NCBI GenBank assembly: GCA_902582605.1
Contig: CACHSP010000003.1
Span: 6,876-70,875 of the forward strand
Direction: 5' to 3'
From: an uncultured Pelagibacteraceae bacterium
Lineage (GTDB): Bacteria; Pseudomonadota; Alphaproteobacteria; Pelagibacterales; Pelagibacteraceae
DNA: 64,000 nucleotides
The number at the start of each line of letters is the position of its first letter. Within the stretch, counting starts at the first letter, position 1. Of this stretch, positions 1 to 10,858 are shown in pieces. The notes beneath the pieces are model-generated. The model was given only the letters and a program-made list of their open reading frames with translations. It ran no database searches and was not told where the DNA came from. Both the position numbers and the translations under genes were made by a program.

Positions 1-2
1 GC

Positions 3-1862
3 AGAGGTTCTTTTAAAATTAGAGGTGAAATTTCTATAGAAAGTTTAAAAAATGGAAGAGAAAGATTGGTTATCACATCAATTCCTTATCAAGTTAATAA
101 ATCTGTTTTGAATGAGAGAATTGCTCAACTTGTTAGAGAAAAAAAAATTGAGGGTATAAGAGATATAAGAGATGAGTCTAATCGAGAAGGAATCAGAGTT
201 TCAATAGATTTGAGAGGTGGGGTAGAACCCGAAACAGTAAAAAGACAACTTTACAAGAACACACAAATTGAAAGTTCATTTGGATTTAATACACTTGCAA
301 TAGTTGATGGCAAACCTGAAACTTGTAACTTAAAAGATTTCTTATCAAATTTTTTATCCTTTAGAGAGGACGTTGTAGTCAAAAAAACAAAATTCGATTT
401 ACAAAAAGCAGAAGAGCGAGCACATATCTTAATAGGTTTATCAGTATCAGTTGAAAATTTAGACAAAGTTATCAAAATAATCAGATCATCAAAAAATCCA
501 GAAGATGCAAAGAAATCTCTTTTACAAACCAAATGGAAAATTAATAAGTCAAAAAAATTAATTTCACTTGTAGAAAGTTCAAAATCAAAAACTTTATACT
601 CCTTATCAACTTTACAAGTGAATGCTATTTTAGAATTAAGATTACAAAAACTGACAGCATTAGGAATAAATGAAATTGAAATAGAAATTAAGAAGTTAGC
701 TGAATTAATTACGAAATATAAAAAAATAATTTCGTCTAAAAAAGAATTGTTAAAAGTTATTAGCGAAGAGTTAAAGAATATTAAAGATAAATATTCATTA
801 CCTCGAAGAACTAAAATAATTGATGCTGTATTAAATTACGATATAGAAGAAACCATTCAAAAACAATCTGTATTGATTACAGTTACATTACAGGGTTACA
901 TCAAACGTGGATCTTTGAATAGTGTTAAGACACAAAAAAGAGGAGGTAAAGGAAAAACTGGCATGACTACTAGAAACGAAGACTCTGTAGTCCAAACTCT
1001 ATCAGTCAATACACATACCTCAGTTTTGTTTTTCTCTACAGAAGGTTTAGTTTATAGAATAAAAGCCTGGAAAATACCTGAGGGATCTTCAGTTTCTAAG
1101 GGAAAATCGTTGTTTAATATTCTTCCACTAAAAAACCATCAGTCAATAAGTTCTATTATGCCTTTTCCCGATAATGAATCTGAAATGAAAAATTATCAAA
1201 TTGTGTTTGCTACTGCTCAAGGGAAAATCAGAAAAAATAGTTTAGAGGATTTTTCTTCAATTAATACATCTGGAAAAATTGCAATGAAATTAGACAATAA
1301 TGATAAAATTGTAGGAGTTAAAATTTGCAAGGATGATCAAGATATAATTTTAAGTACCAAATTAGGAAAATGCATACGTTTTGAGTCTAAAAAATTGAGA
1401 GTTTTTAAGGGCAGATCCTCTAAAGGGATTAAAGGTATTGTTTTGTCTCCAAACGATCAAATTGTCTCTCTTTCGATTATAGATAATGATAAATCAAAAA
1501 AAAATGGGAAGAAATCAAAAGATGAGCAATCAGAATTAAAAGCTAAAGAAAAGTTCATATTATCAATAACAGAAAATGGTTTTGGTAAAAAAACTAGTCA
1601 TACGGAATATAGAGTAACTAATAGAGGTGGGAAGGGAATTATCGGAATTATAAATTCACCAAGAAATGGAAATATCTCATCCTCTTTCCCTGTATATGAT
1701 GGTGATGAAATACTTATATCCACTAACAAAGGAAGAGTAATACGTGTAGCGGTAAAAGAAATTAGAACTGCGGGTAGAAATACTCAGGGTGTTAGGATTA
1801 TTAAATTAACTGGAGAAGAAAAAGTTGTTTCAGCTGATAAAATAGATGATAACTTAGTTTAA
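3..1862 (+). CDS. gyrA: DNA gyrase subunit A (5'-truncated by the window edge)
   Basis: Frame is open from base 3; GyrA-box QKRGGKG, ILELRLQKLT and C-terminal beta-pinwheel repeats (GRNTQGVR). Confidence 0.96.
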   Translation, partial: RGSFKIRGEISIESLKNGRERLVITSIPYQVNKSVLNERIAQLVREKKIEGIRDIRDESNREGIRVSIDLRGGVEPETVKRQLYKNTQIESSFGFNTLAIVDGKPETCNLKDFLSNFLSFREDVVVKKTKFDLQKAEERAHILIGLSVSVENLDKVIKIIRSSKNPEDAKKSLLQTKWKINKSKKLISLVESSKSKTLYSLSTLQVNAILELRLQKLTALGINEIEIEIKKLAELITKYKKIISSKKELLKVISEELKNIKDKYSLPRRTKIIDAVLNYDIEETIQKQSVLITVTLQGYIKRGSLNSVKTQKRGGKGKTGMTTRNEDSVVQTLSVNTHTSVLFFSTEGLVYRIKAWKIPEGSSVSKGKSLFNILPLKNHQSISSIMPFPDNESEMKNYQIVFATAQGKIRKNSLEDFSSINTSGKIAMKLDNNDKIVGVKICKDDQDIILSTKLGKCIRFESKKLRVFKGRSSKGIKGIVLSPNDQIVSLSIIDNDKSKKNGKKSKDEQSELKAKEKFILSITENGFGKKTSHTEYRVTNRGGKGIIGIINSPRNGNISSSFPVYDGDEILISTNKGRVIRVAVKEIRTAGRNTQGVRIIKLTGEEKVVSADKIDDNLV

Positions 1863-2356
1863 TGAATAAAGTTGCAATCTATCCTGGAACATTTGATCCA
1901 ATTACGTTTGGCCATATTGATGTTATTAAAAAAGGTTTAAAACTTTTTGATAAGATTGTTGTTGCAGTATCTAACGTTGAAAATAAGGATTATTTATTCG
2001 ATTCTGATGAACGAATTGAAATTGTAAAAAAAGCTTTGTTTTATGATTTGAAACTGAACAAAAAAAAAGTTGTCGTAATTTCTTTTAGCTCTTTAACCAC
2101 TGAATTATGCAAAAAATATAAATCAAATATTATTTTAAGAGGATTAAGAGCAGTTTCAGATTTTGAATATGAATTTCAACTAGCAGGGATGAATAGAAAA
2201 TTAAATAAAAATATTGAAACTCTTTTTTTAATGTCTGATGTTGAAAATCAGATTATTTCATCAAGATTTGTTAAAGAAATAGTAAATTTAAAAGGTGATA
2301 TCAAAAAATTTACTACCAAAAGTACAATTAAATTACTAAAAAGAAAATATGAATAA
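1862..2356 (+). CDS. coaD: Phosphopantetheine adenylyltransferase
   Basis: YPGTFDPITFGH, RGLRAVSDFEYE, ISSRFVKE. Confidence 0.97.
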   Translation: MNKVAIYPGTFDPITFGHIDVIKKGLKLFDKIVVAVSNVENKDYLFDSDERIEIVKKALFYDLKLNKKKVVVISFSSLTTELCKKYKSNIILRGLRAVSDFEYEFQLAGMNRKLNKNIETLFLMSDVENQIISSRFVKEIVNLKGDIKKFTTKSTIKLLKRKYE

Positions 2357-2909
2357 AATTTTAATAAATATATTTATTTTCTTTTTTTTAACCATAAACC
2401 AAGTAATGTCAGAGGAGAATATTATGATTTTGAAACTTAAAGATGGAGATGTTAAAATTGAATTATTTGAAGATGTAGCACCTAATCATGTTAAAAGAAT
2501 TAAAGATTTAGCCAATAGCGGTAAATATGATAATGTTGTTTTTCACAGAGTTATTGATGGTTTCATGGCACAAACTGGTGATGTAAAATTTGGAAATTCA
2601 TCATCAAGTGATTTTAATTTAAGAATGGCAGGAATGGGAGGATCAGATTTACCAGACTTAAAACAAGAATTTAATAATTTACCTCATGACAGAGGAACTT
2701 TATCTATGGCTAGATCACAAGATCCAAATAGTGCAAATAGCCAATTTTTCATTTGTTTTAAACCTGCTCCTTTTCTAGATAACCAATATACAGTTTTTGG
2801 AAAAGTGATCGAAGGAATGGAATTTGTTGATAAAATTAAACGTGGTGATGAAAACAATAATGGTGCCGTCACAGACCCAGATAAAATAATTAGTTTTAAA
2901 TCATTATAA
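2349..2909 (+). CDS. Cyclophilin-type peptidyl-prolyl isomerase with signal peptide
   Basis: FHRVIDGFMAQTGD, GTLSMAR, SANSQFFI, YTVFG. Confidence 0.95.
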   Translation: MNKILINIFIFFFLTINQVMSEENIMILKLKDGDVKIELFEDVAPNHVKRIKDLANSGKYDNVVFHRVIDGFMAQTGDVKFGNSSSSDFNLRMAGMGGSDLPDLKQEFNNLPHDRGTLSMARSQDPNSANSQFFICFKPAPFLDNQYTVFGKVIEGMEFVDKIKRGDENNNGAVTDPDKIISFKSL

Positions 2910-2915
2910 TATTTA

Positions 2916-4028
2916 ATGGCATTAAAAGAATTTGCCTTTAAATTATTGAACAAAGATGGCTATGCAAGAGAAGGAATTATAGAAACGCATAGAGGTATTA
3001 TTAGAACACCTGCTTTTATGCCAGTTGGAACTCAGGCAACTGTAAAAGCTTGTACGATTGACGATATTAAAAAAACTGGCTCAGATATAATTTTAGCTAA
3101 TACATATCATTTAATGATCCGTCCAGGAGTTGAACGAATTCAAAAAGCTGGCGGATTACATTCCTTTATGAATTGTGATTTACCAATACTTACTGACTCG
3201 GGTGGTTTTCAAGTAATGTCTCTTTCAAAATTAAATAAAATAGATCGAGAAAAAGGTGCAATTTTTAACTCTCATGTTGACGGAAAAAAATTTTATTTGA
3301 GCCCTGAAGAAAGTATAAAAATTCAACTTGGCTTGAACTCAGATATTGTAATGATCATGGATGAATGTCCAAAGAAAACGGATGACTATGAACTGATTAA
3401 AAAATCAATGGAACTATCATTATATTGGGCTGATAGATCCAAAAAAGCCTTTGGAAAAAATCCTCATAAAGCTCTTTTTGGCATAGTCCAAGGAGGCCTT
3501 TTTAAAGATTTGAGACTTTTGTCTCTAAAAGGTTTGTTAAATCTAAATTTTGATGGATATGCCATTGGTGGTCTTGCAGTTGGTGAAACACAAGAGGAAA
3601 TGTTTAAAGTTTTGGATGACATTAAGGAAAATCTTCCAGAAAATAAACCACATTATTTAATGGGTGTAGGCACACCTTCTGATATTTTAGGAGCAGTTAA
3701 AAGAGGAATAGACATGTTTGATTGTGTAATGCCGACTAGATCAGGGAGAACAGGTCTGGCCTTTACATGGAATGGAAGAATAAATATTAAAAATAATAAA
3801 TATCAAAACGATAATTCACCACTTGATGAAAAGTGTAAAAATTTAAATTTAAACAAATATTCAAAAAATTATTTGAATCATTTATTTAATACTAATGAAA
3901 TTTTAGGATCAATGCTATTAACGTTAAATAATATCAACTTTTATCAAGAATTAATGAGCGAAATAAGAAAAAATATTCAAAAAGGCACTTTTAATGAATT
4001 TCATGATAAATACATAGATAAGTTGTGA
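2916..4028 (+). CDS. tgt: tRNA-guanine transglycosylase
   Basis: TPAFMPVGT, LANTYHL, TDSGGFQ, GGLAVGE, DMFDCVMPTR. Confidence 0.97.
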   Translation: MALKEFAFKLLNKDGYAREGIIETHRGIIRTPAFMPVGTQATVKACTIDDIKKTGSDIILANTYHLMIRPGVERIQKAGGLHSFMNCDLPILTDSGGFQVMSLSKLNKIDREKGAIFNSHVDGKKFYLSPEESIKIQLGLNSDIVMIMDECPKKTDDYELIKKSMELSLYWADRSKKAFGKNPHKALFGIVQGGLFKDLRLLSLKGLLNLNFDGYAIGGLAVGETQEEMFKVLDDIKENLPENKPHYLMGVGTPSDILGAVKRGIDMFDCVMPTRSGRTGLAFTWNGRINIKNNKYQNDNSPLDEKCKNLNLNKYSKNYLNHLFNTNEILGSMLLTLNNINFYQELMSEIRKNIQKGTFNEFHDKYIDKL

Positions 4029-4099
4029 TAAAGAAACTATATGTCTCATCAATTCCTATTTGAAATATTATAATAAATATGTATATACGAAGTAATTTT

Positions 4100-4175
<76 letters not shown>

Positions 4176-4186
4176 TTAATTAATAC

Positions 4187-5008
4187 TTATATTTTAATTG
4201 GTGGGTAATCTAAAATTATACTATTAGTCCACTCGTTTATTTTTTTTATTCTATTTTCTGGTAAGGGATGTGTACTCAGAAATTCAGATTGTTTTTTACC
4301 CTTATTAAATTTTTTCATCCTTTCCCAAATTTTAGGTGTTTCTCTTATATCGTAACCAGATAAAGAGGCAAAAATCATACCCAAGTAGTCAGCTTCAGTT
4401 TCTTGCTTTCTGTTAAAAGGATTCATTATTCCTAGTTGAGAAACCATACCAATAGTATTCATTCCGGTTGTTCTATTAACTTGAGATAATTTTCCACCAG
4501 ACAATACATCAACGATATTTGTGCCAACGTTTATAGCAACACTTCTACTTGCTCGTTCTACGGAGTGTTTAGCCACAGCATGGGCAATTTCATGACCCAT
4601 GACAGCAGCCAATCCATCAGTATTTTTGGTGACTTCAAATATGCCTGAAAAAACTGCAATTTTACCTCCTGGCATACAAAATGCATTTCTCATATTTTTT
4701 TTATCAATTAATATATATTCCCAATCAAAACCAACTGTTGGGTCATCAAGTTTAGATTGATAAAAATATTCTCCTATGGAATTTTCCATTCTTTTACCAA
4801 TTTCTTTTATTTGAATAAGTTTTGGTCCTGTTATAAGTTTTTCTTTTTCTTTAATTTTTTCAAAAATTTGAGCTGCCCGAGCATTTAATTTAGTCTCAGA
4901 GATTAGTTTTAATTGTTTTCGATCAGTGATTGGTGCTGTAGCACATGAATTCAGAGCTAAACTACAACAGGTACAACCAACATAAGTTAAGAATTTTCTT
5001 CTATCCAT
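4187..5008 (-). CDS. M48 family Zn metallopeptidase (LoiP/Oma1-like), predicted lipoprotein
   Basis: NAFCMPGG, HEIAH, QETEAD, FLSTHP; N-terminal RRKFL and LNSC. Confidence 0.9.
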   Translation of the reverse strand: MDRRKFLTYVGCTCCSLALNSCATAPITDRKQLKLISETKLNARAAQIFEKIKEKEKLITGPKLIQIKEIGKRMENSIGEYFYQSKLDDPTVGFDWEYILIDKKNMRNAFCMPGGKIAVFSGIFEVTKNTDGLAAVMGHEIAHAVAKHSVERASRSVAINVGTNIVDVLSGGKLSQVNRTTGMNTIGMVSQLGIMNPFNRKQETEADYLGMIFASLSGYDIRETPKIWERMKKFNKGKKQSEFLSTHPLPENRIKKINEWTNSIILDYPPIKI

Positions 5009-5121
5009 TTGTAATTATCATTGATAATATATTTTAAAATGAATCTAAATAATAAAATATTAGTATTTTTATTTATTATCGCGATTTCTTTTGTAGTTTA
5101 CTCGAGTTTTAAATAAATTTT

Positions 5122-5742
5122 ATGAAAAAGGATAAAAAAAAACGATCAATTACTCTTATTCTTAGAAATTATTTTATAACGGGTGTAGTGGTATTAATTC
5201 CTATTGGTTTTACTTTATATTTAAGTAAAATTTTAATTGGAATTTCTTCTAGAATAATTCCAGAAAATATAAATCCTAATAACTACTTACCTTTTGCAAT
5301 ACCTGGAATAGAAATAATTATTTCTGTTGTTTTTATAACTGTTGTTGGAGGCTTATCATTATCCTTTTTAGGTAAACGAATTCTAAAACTTATTGACGAT
5401 CTATTTAAAAGAATTCCTGTTTTAAGAACTATTTATTCGGCAATAGTACAAATGACCGAAACATTTTCTAATAAAGATGACAATGATAAAAAAAGTGTTG
5501 TTTTAGTGGAATATCCAAGAAAAGGTGTTTGGGCTGTTGGATTTGCAACAAAAGAAAATAAAGGTGAAATGGCTGAAAAAACAAATAAAAAATTAATAAA
5601 CGTATTTGTTCCAACTACACCAAATCCTACAAGTGGTTTTTTACTAATGTTTCCTATAGATGAAGTTATTTATCTGAATATGACATTTGAAGAGGCATCT
5701 AAATTTATTGTTTCTGCAGGAACATCCACAGGTAAGAATTAA
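5122..5742 (+). CDS. DUF502 family membrane protein
   Basis: VLVEYPRKG, FVPTTPNPTSGF. Confidence 0.9.
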   Translation: MKKDKKKRSITLILRNYFITGVVVLIPIGFTLYLSKILIGISSRIIPENINPNNYLPFAIPGIEIIISVVFITVVGGLSLSFLGKRILKLIDDLFKRIPVLRTIYSAIVQMTETFSNKDDNDKKSVVLVEYPRKGVWAVGFATKENKGEMAEKTNKKLINVFVPTTPNPTSGFLLMFPIDEVIYLNMTFEEASKFIVSAGTSTGKN

Positions 5743-7790
5743 GCTATATCGTTAATAATATCTGCACGATCATATAGTTTAATTAATGGTTTAAATCTCC
5801 CTATATCCTCTTTTTCATTTTCAATTCTTTTAATTTCTTTTTCAGCTAAAATAAAAAGATTATGATTATGTATTGGATCTGCCAATTTAAAGTTTTTTAT
5901 TCCACTTTGTTTAAAACCTAGAATATCTCCAAAACCTCTTAATTTCATATCCTCTTCAGATATTTTAAATCCATCATTAGAGTTTTTTAATATATTAATT
6001 CTTTTTTTAGCATTTTCACTTAGATTTGACTTAAACATTAATATACATGAAGACTCTTTGTTGCCTCTTCCAACTCTACCTCTAAGTTGATGTAATTGAG
6101 ACAAACCAAACTTATTTGCATTTTCTATTATAATTACATTTGCATTAGGAAAATCTATACCAACTTCAATGATAGTAGTTGAAACTAATATCTTAAATTC
6201 ATTTCTTAAAAATTTGTTTAAGATTTTCTCTTTTTCCTCGATGGTTATTTTTCCATGGAGTAAATAAACCTCATTTGGAAAAATTTTTTTTAGATATTCA
6301 GACTTTTTAATCGCTGAAGAATGATCAATTTTTTTTGACACTTCTATAAGAGGGCATACCCAAAAAATTTGATTTCCAAGTCGTATTTCTTTCTTAATAA
6401 ATTTAATAACATCCTCAATCTTACTTTCAATTTTACTATAAGTTTTAACAGGTTTTCGGTTATTCGGTTTTTCTTGTATAATTGAAAGATCCATATCTCC
6501 GTAAATAGTCATTGTTAAAGTACGTGGAATTGGTGTTGCTGTCATTAAAAGAACATCACAATCTTTCCCAGCTTTATCAGATAATTTTTTTCTCTGACTA
6601 ACTCCAAATTTGTGTTGTTCATCAATTATTATTAAACCTAGTTTTTTGAATTCTACTTTTTTTTGAAATAAGGCATGCGTCCCAAAAATAATATCTATTT
6701 CTTTTTTAATAAGTTTATTTAAAATTTTTTTCTTATCTTTGTATGATGATTTTCCAGAAAGTAATTCTATCTTAATATTTTTTGGATATATTTTTTTTGC
6801 TAATAAAAAATGCTGTCTTGCTAATATTTCAGTAGGAGCCATTACTGCTACTTGAAAATCAGAACTGATGGTATTGAATGCAGATAATAATGCCACAATT
6901 GTTTTACCACTACCAACATCACCCTGAAGTAATCTGAACATCTTGTTATCTGAGCACAAATCTTTGTTAATCTCATTTAATGTTTTAGTTTGATCATTGG
7001 TTAAGGAAAAATCTAATTTTGATATTATTTCAGCTTGTTTTTTAATATCGAATTTTTTCTTTGTTTTTTTTATTTTTTTGATCTTTTTTCTAATTTCTGA
7101 ATTAACTAAAAAAGTTGAAAAAATTTCATCAAAAGCAAGTCTTTGATAGAAATTTTCCTTGAATTTACCAATGTTTTCTGGATCGTGTAATTTTTTGATT
7201 GAGTCATTCCAACCAATATTACCAAAATTTTTTAATATATCTTTTGAGTGCCACTCATCAATCTTAGGTAAATTTTTAATAATTTGAAATATTATTTTAT
7301 TATAAACCTTTTCACTAATTCCCTCAGTTAATGAATAGGTATTATGCTTTTGTTTTATTATAGATGAGTCTTCTGAAATATATTTAGGATTTGTTAATTG
7401 ATATTTATTTCGAAAGTATTTAATTCTACCACTAATTGTTACTTCTTTTCCAATAGGTAATATTTTTCTAATATATCCTTCGTAACTATTAAAAAAAACA
7501 CAATCTATTTCACCAGTTTCATCTTTGCATAAAACTCGATTTGGTAAGTTTCTTACTCTTGGAAATGAATATTTTTGAGGAATTATAGTTATAGTTTGTA
7601 TCTCATCTATTTTTAAATCTTTAATTTTCGAAGATAAACTTCGATCTGTATAAGATTTTGGTAATTTCCATAACAGATCAAAAATACTATTAATTTTTTT
7701 TCTTTTTAATAATTTTGATGTTTTTAAACCAACACCTTTTATAGATTTAAGGTCAGATAATAAATATTCATAATTTCTTTTAATATCCAT
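5739..7790 (-). CDS. recG: ATP-dependent DNA helicase RecG
   Basis: RLLQGDVGSGKT, DEQHKFG, MTATPIPRTL, QLHQLRGRVGRG. Confidence 0.97.
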   Translation of the reverse strand: MDIKRNYEYLLSDLKSIKGVGLKTSKLLKRKKINSIFDLLWKLPKSYTDRSLSSKIKDLKIDEIQTITIIPQKYSFPRVRNLPNRVLCKDETGEIDCVFFNSYEGYIRKILPIGKEVTISGRIKYFRNKYQLTNPKYISEDSSIIKQKHNTYSLTEGISEKVYNKIIFQIIKNLPKIDEWHSKDILKNFGNIGWNDSIKKLHDPENIGKFKENFYQRLAFDEIFSTFLVNSEIRKKIKKIKKTKKKFDIKKQAEIISKLDFSLTNDQTKTLNEINKDLCSDNKMFRLLQGDVGSGKTIVALLSAFNTISSDFQVAVMAPTEILARQHFLLAKKIYPKNIKIELLSGKSSYKDKKKILNKLIKKEIDIIFGTHALFQKKVEFKKLGLIIIDEQHKFGVSQRKKLSDKAGKDCDVLLMTATPIPRTLTMTIYGDMDLSIIQEKPNNRKPVKTYSKIESKIEDVIKFIKKEIRLGNQIFWVCPLIEVSKKIDHSSAIKKSEYLKKIFPNEVYLLHGKITIEEKEKILNKFLRNEFKILVSTTIIEVGIDFPNANVIIIENANKFGLSQLHQLRGRVGRGNKESSCILMFKSNLSENAKKRINILKNSNDGFKISEEDMKLRGFGDILGFKQSGIKNFKLADPIHNHNLFILAEKEIKRIENEKEDIGRFKPLIKLYDRADIINDIA

Positions 7791-7812
7791 AAACTAATAT
7801 TATATTCCTAAT

Positions 7813-8070
7813 ATGACCGCTGATATAGAACAAATAAAAAAAAAAATTATATACAGATCAAATTATCGCGGTACGAAAGAAATGGATAAACTTTTAGGAG
7901 CATTCACTAATAAATACATAGATCAATTAAATGTTGAAGATTTAAATGAATTAATAAAATTCTTAGAAATAGATGATAATAATCTTTACAATTTTTATAA
8001 TGGTTTAAAAACCAACATTGAATTTGAAGATAACAAAATTAATAATTTATTTAAAAATTTTAAATATTAA
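7813..8070 (+). CDS. sdhE: Succinate dehydrogenase assembly factor SdhE/Sdh5
   Basis: YRSNYRGTKEMD (RGxxE motif), 85 aa, divergent from recG as in many alphaproteobacteria. Confidence 0.9.
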   Translation: MTADIEQIKKKIIYRSNYRGTKEMDKLLGAFTNKYIDQLNVEDLNELIKFLEIDDNNLYNFYNGLKTNIEFEDNKINNLFKNFKY

Positions 8071-8078
8071 CAATTATA

Positions 8079-8168
8079 TGGCGGAGAGACTGGGATTCGA
8101 ACCCAGGAAAGAGTTGCCCCTTTGCCGGTTTTCAAGACCGGTGCTTTCAACCGCTCAGCCATCTCTCC
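8079..8168 (-). tRNA. tRNA-Ser(TGA)
   Basis: Reverse complement GGAGAGATGG...CCGGT-CTTGAAA-ACCGG, long variable arm, TTCGAATC, CCA. Confidence 0.97.
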
Positions 8169-8252
8169 GTGTAAAAGCTTTTATAATTAAAAATATTTAA
8201 TTCAACAATAAAATAGTCTAATTACTCATGATATTTTATTCATTTAATTAGT

Positions 8253-9131
8253 ATGAAAAATGATTTTAACAAAGGTTTAATATTAACTTCTTTAGGTTCT
8301 TTTTGGTGGGGATTTATTGGAGTTATATATTTTGAGTCAGTTTCTTTTATTGGTCATAATGAATTAGTTGTTCACAGATGTTTGTGGACAGCAATAATGT
8401 TAATTTTTACCACAACATTTCTGTCTAAATGGAAAATTTTTTTAAAAGAAGTAAAAGATAAAAAAAAATTAATTGCATTATTTTTGTCTGGTTTTTTAAT
8501 TTTTGTTAATTGGTCTATATGGATATATGCTGTTGCATCAGAAAGGATTATTGATGCTAGTTTTGGTTATTTTATAATGCCAATAATTAGTGTTCTTTTG
8601 GGGTATATTTTTTTTAAAGAGGAACTAAACAAAAAAAGGATTTTTTCAATTATTCTAGTTTTTGTCTCAATATTAATTTTAATTTTTTTTAATCTTAAAT
8701 CATTACCATGGGTTGGTCTCATTGTAGCTTTTAGTTGGGCTTTTTATAATTTAGTTCGAAAAAAAATCGAAATTGATACCGATATTGGGTTGCTAATTGA
8801 AAGTTTATATATTTTCCCTTTTGCTTTAGTTGCATTTTATATAATTGCAAATAATGGTCTAAACGACTTTAACTTAAGTAATCCAGGATTAAGTCTATAT
8901 TTACTTTTAGCTGGTCCAATGACTGTGATTCCTTTGTTTCTATATGTAAGAGGGGTTGAGTTAATTGGATTAGGCCCTACCGGAATGATATTTTATATAA
9001 CGCCAACATTACAGTTCATTTTAGGTTATTTTTATTATGGAGAAGATTTTTCATTAGTTAAATTTCTAAGTTTTATTATTATTTGGATTGCTGTAATTAT
9101 ATATTTAAATGACTTATATGAAAAAAATTAA
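8253..9131 (+). CDS. rarD: RarD-type EamA/DMT transporter
   Basis: About 10 TM helices; NWSIWIYAV, ASFGYFIMP, YITPTLQF. Confidence 0.85.
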   Translation: MKNDFNKGLILTSLGSFWWGFIGVIYFESVSFIGHNELVVHRCLWTAIMLIFTTTFLSKWKIFLKEVKDKKKLIALFLSGFLIFVNWSIWIYAVASERIIDASFGYFIMPIISVLLGYIFFKEELNKKRIFSIILVFVSILILIFFNLKSLPWVGLIVAFSWAFYNLVRKKIEIDTDIGLLIESLYIFPFALVAFYIIANNGLNDFNLSNPGLSLYLLLAGPMTVIPLFLYVRGVELIGLGPTGMIFYITPTLQFILGYFYYGEDFSLVKFLSFIIIWIAVIIYLNDLYEKN

Positions 9132-10119
9132 AATTTTTTTTTTAATTCTATTTTTTTTAAATTCCAACTTATTTGCAAATGAGAATACAGATTTTGAAAA
9201 GTGGAAAAAAGATTTCAAACAAAGAGCTTTAGCAAATAATATTTCTGAGAAAACTTTTGATCTGGTAATGACAGATACTAAGTTCTTAGCAAATGTTATA
9301 AAATATGACAGATACCAGCCTGAATTTTATGAAGACACCAAAACTTATATATCAAAGAGATCTTCTACAAAAAAATTAAATAAAGGTATCGACTTCTATT
9401 TAAATAATAAAGATTTGATTAATATTGTTGAAAATAAGTTTAAAATTGAGAAGGAACTTCTATTGTCATTGATGGGCATTGAAACAAATTATGGAACTTA
9501 TGTTGGAAAAATGGATATCCTTTCTTCACTAGCAACTTTAAGTTATGATGAAAGAAGATCTGAATTTTTTACTAAAGAGCTTTTAATCTTATTGAAATTA
9601 ATTGATGAAAATCAGATAGATTATAAATCATTATATGGTTCATGGGCAGGTGCATTTGGTTTTTTTCAATTCATGCCCTCAACCATAAAAAATCACGCAA
9701 TTGATTTTAATACTGATAATTATATTGATTTAAAAAATTCTCATGATGCTTATGCTTCAGCAGCTAATTATCTTAAAAAAATTGGTTGGAAAAAAGACTC
9801 ACCTTGTTTTTATAGAATAGATCTTAAAGAAGATATTCCAAAAAAATATTTGAATGTTTCTGCAAAAAAACTCCAAAATAAAAAAAAATTAGGATTTTTT
9901 AAAAAATATATTGATAATTATGATGATTTAAGCTTTCTAAAATCAAATTATAATGTTGCAATAATAACTCCAGACAAAGATATTATTCCTGGTGCAGATA
10001 CTTTAAATCCTGCATATATTGTATTTGATAACTACGAAATAATTCTCCAATGGAATAGATCTCTAAGATTTGCTTTAGCTGTTTGTACCTTAAAAGATAA
10101 ATTTAAAAATGAATTATAA
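9118..10119 (+). CDS. Lytic murein transglycosylase (MltB/SltB family)
   Basis: QPEF, GIETNYG, GSWAGAFGFFQFMPS, ASAANYL; start placed at MKK signal peptide (ORF is open from 9109). Confidence 0.92.
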   Translation: MKKIKIFFLILFFLNSNLFANENTDFEKWKKDFKQRALANNISEKTFDLVMTDTKFLANVIKYDRYQPEFYEDTKTYISKRSSTKKLNKGIDFYLNNKDLINIVENKFKIEKELLLSLMGIETNYGTYVGKMDILSSLATLSYDERRSEFFTKELLILLKLIDENQIDYKSLYGSWAGAFGFFQFMPSTIKNHAIDFNTDNYIDLKNSHDAYASAANYLKKIGWKKDSPCFYRIDLKEDIPKKYLNVSAKKLQNKKKLGFFKKYIDNYDDLSFLKSNYNVAIITPDKDIIPGADTLNPAYIVFDNYEIILQWNRSLRFALAVCTLKDKFKNEL

Positions 10120-10858
10120 AATTTTATTAATATTTCTGTTATCAATATTTTTAATAGGTTGTGAACAAGTAGCAATTAAGACAGATAAAATTGAAACAAA
10201 AATAGAGAAAAAATATAGTAATAGTGGCTTTGCTTTAATTTTCGACGAAAATGTAAAAAAAATTAAAAGATTAGATGATAGATCATTAATGATTCATCAT
10301 AAATTACTTAAAAGAAAATCTGCTGTTAAGATTACAAATCCAAAAAATGGAAAGTCTTTAATTGCAGAAGTAAAATCCAATAACCAAAAATTTTCAGATT
10401 TTTACAATTCTGTTATATCTAGAAGAATTGCTGAAGATTTAGATCTTGATTTAAATGAACCCTTAATAGAAATAGTGTTAATATCTAGAAATTCTACTTT
10501 TATTGCAAAAAAAAGTAAAACTTTCGATGAGGAAAAAAACGTTGCAGAAAAGGCGCCAATTGATGGTATTCAAATTAATGATTTAAGCAAAACTAAGAAA
10601 AAAGAAAAAAAAACAACTAAAGAAAAATTTTCTTACTCAATAAAGATTGCTGATTTTTACTATAAATCTACTGCCAAAATGATGATTTCTAGAATCAAAG
10701 ATGAAACTTCTATAAAAAACTCTAAGATAAAAAAATTATCTCAAACTAAATTTAGAGTATTAATAGGTCCTTTTAATGATATAAAAAGTTTGAAAGAGTC
10801 ATTTGAGAAGTTAAAATCTCTTAATTTCGAAAACTTAGAAGTGCTAAAAAATGTTTAA
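10109..10858 (+). CDS. RlpA-like lipoprotein with C-terminal SPOR domain (divergent)
   Basis: Lipobox LIGC, VKITNPKNGKS, C-terminal FRVLIGPF; sits between mltB and dacA. Confidence 0.7.
   Translation: MNYKILLIFLLSIFLIGCEQVAIKTDKIETKIEKKYSNSGFALIFDENVKKIKRLDDRSLMIHHKLLKRKSAVKITNPKNGKSLIAEVKSNNQKFSDFYNSVISRRIAEDLDLDLNEPLIEIVLISRNSTFIAKKSKTFDEEKNVAEKAPIDGIQINDLSKTKKKEKKTTKEKFSYSIKIADFYYKSTAKMMISRIKDETSIKNSKIKKLSQTKFRVLIGPFNDIKSLKESFEKLKSLNFENLEVLKNV

Noticed and set aside
8018-8200. 60-aa ORF
   Set aside because: Antisense reading of tRNA-Ser
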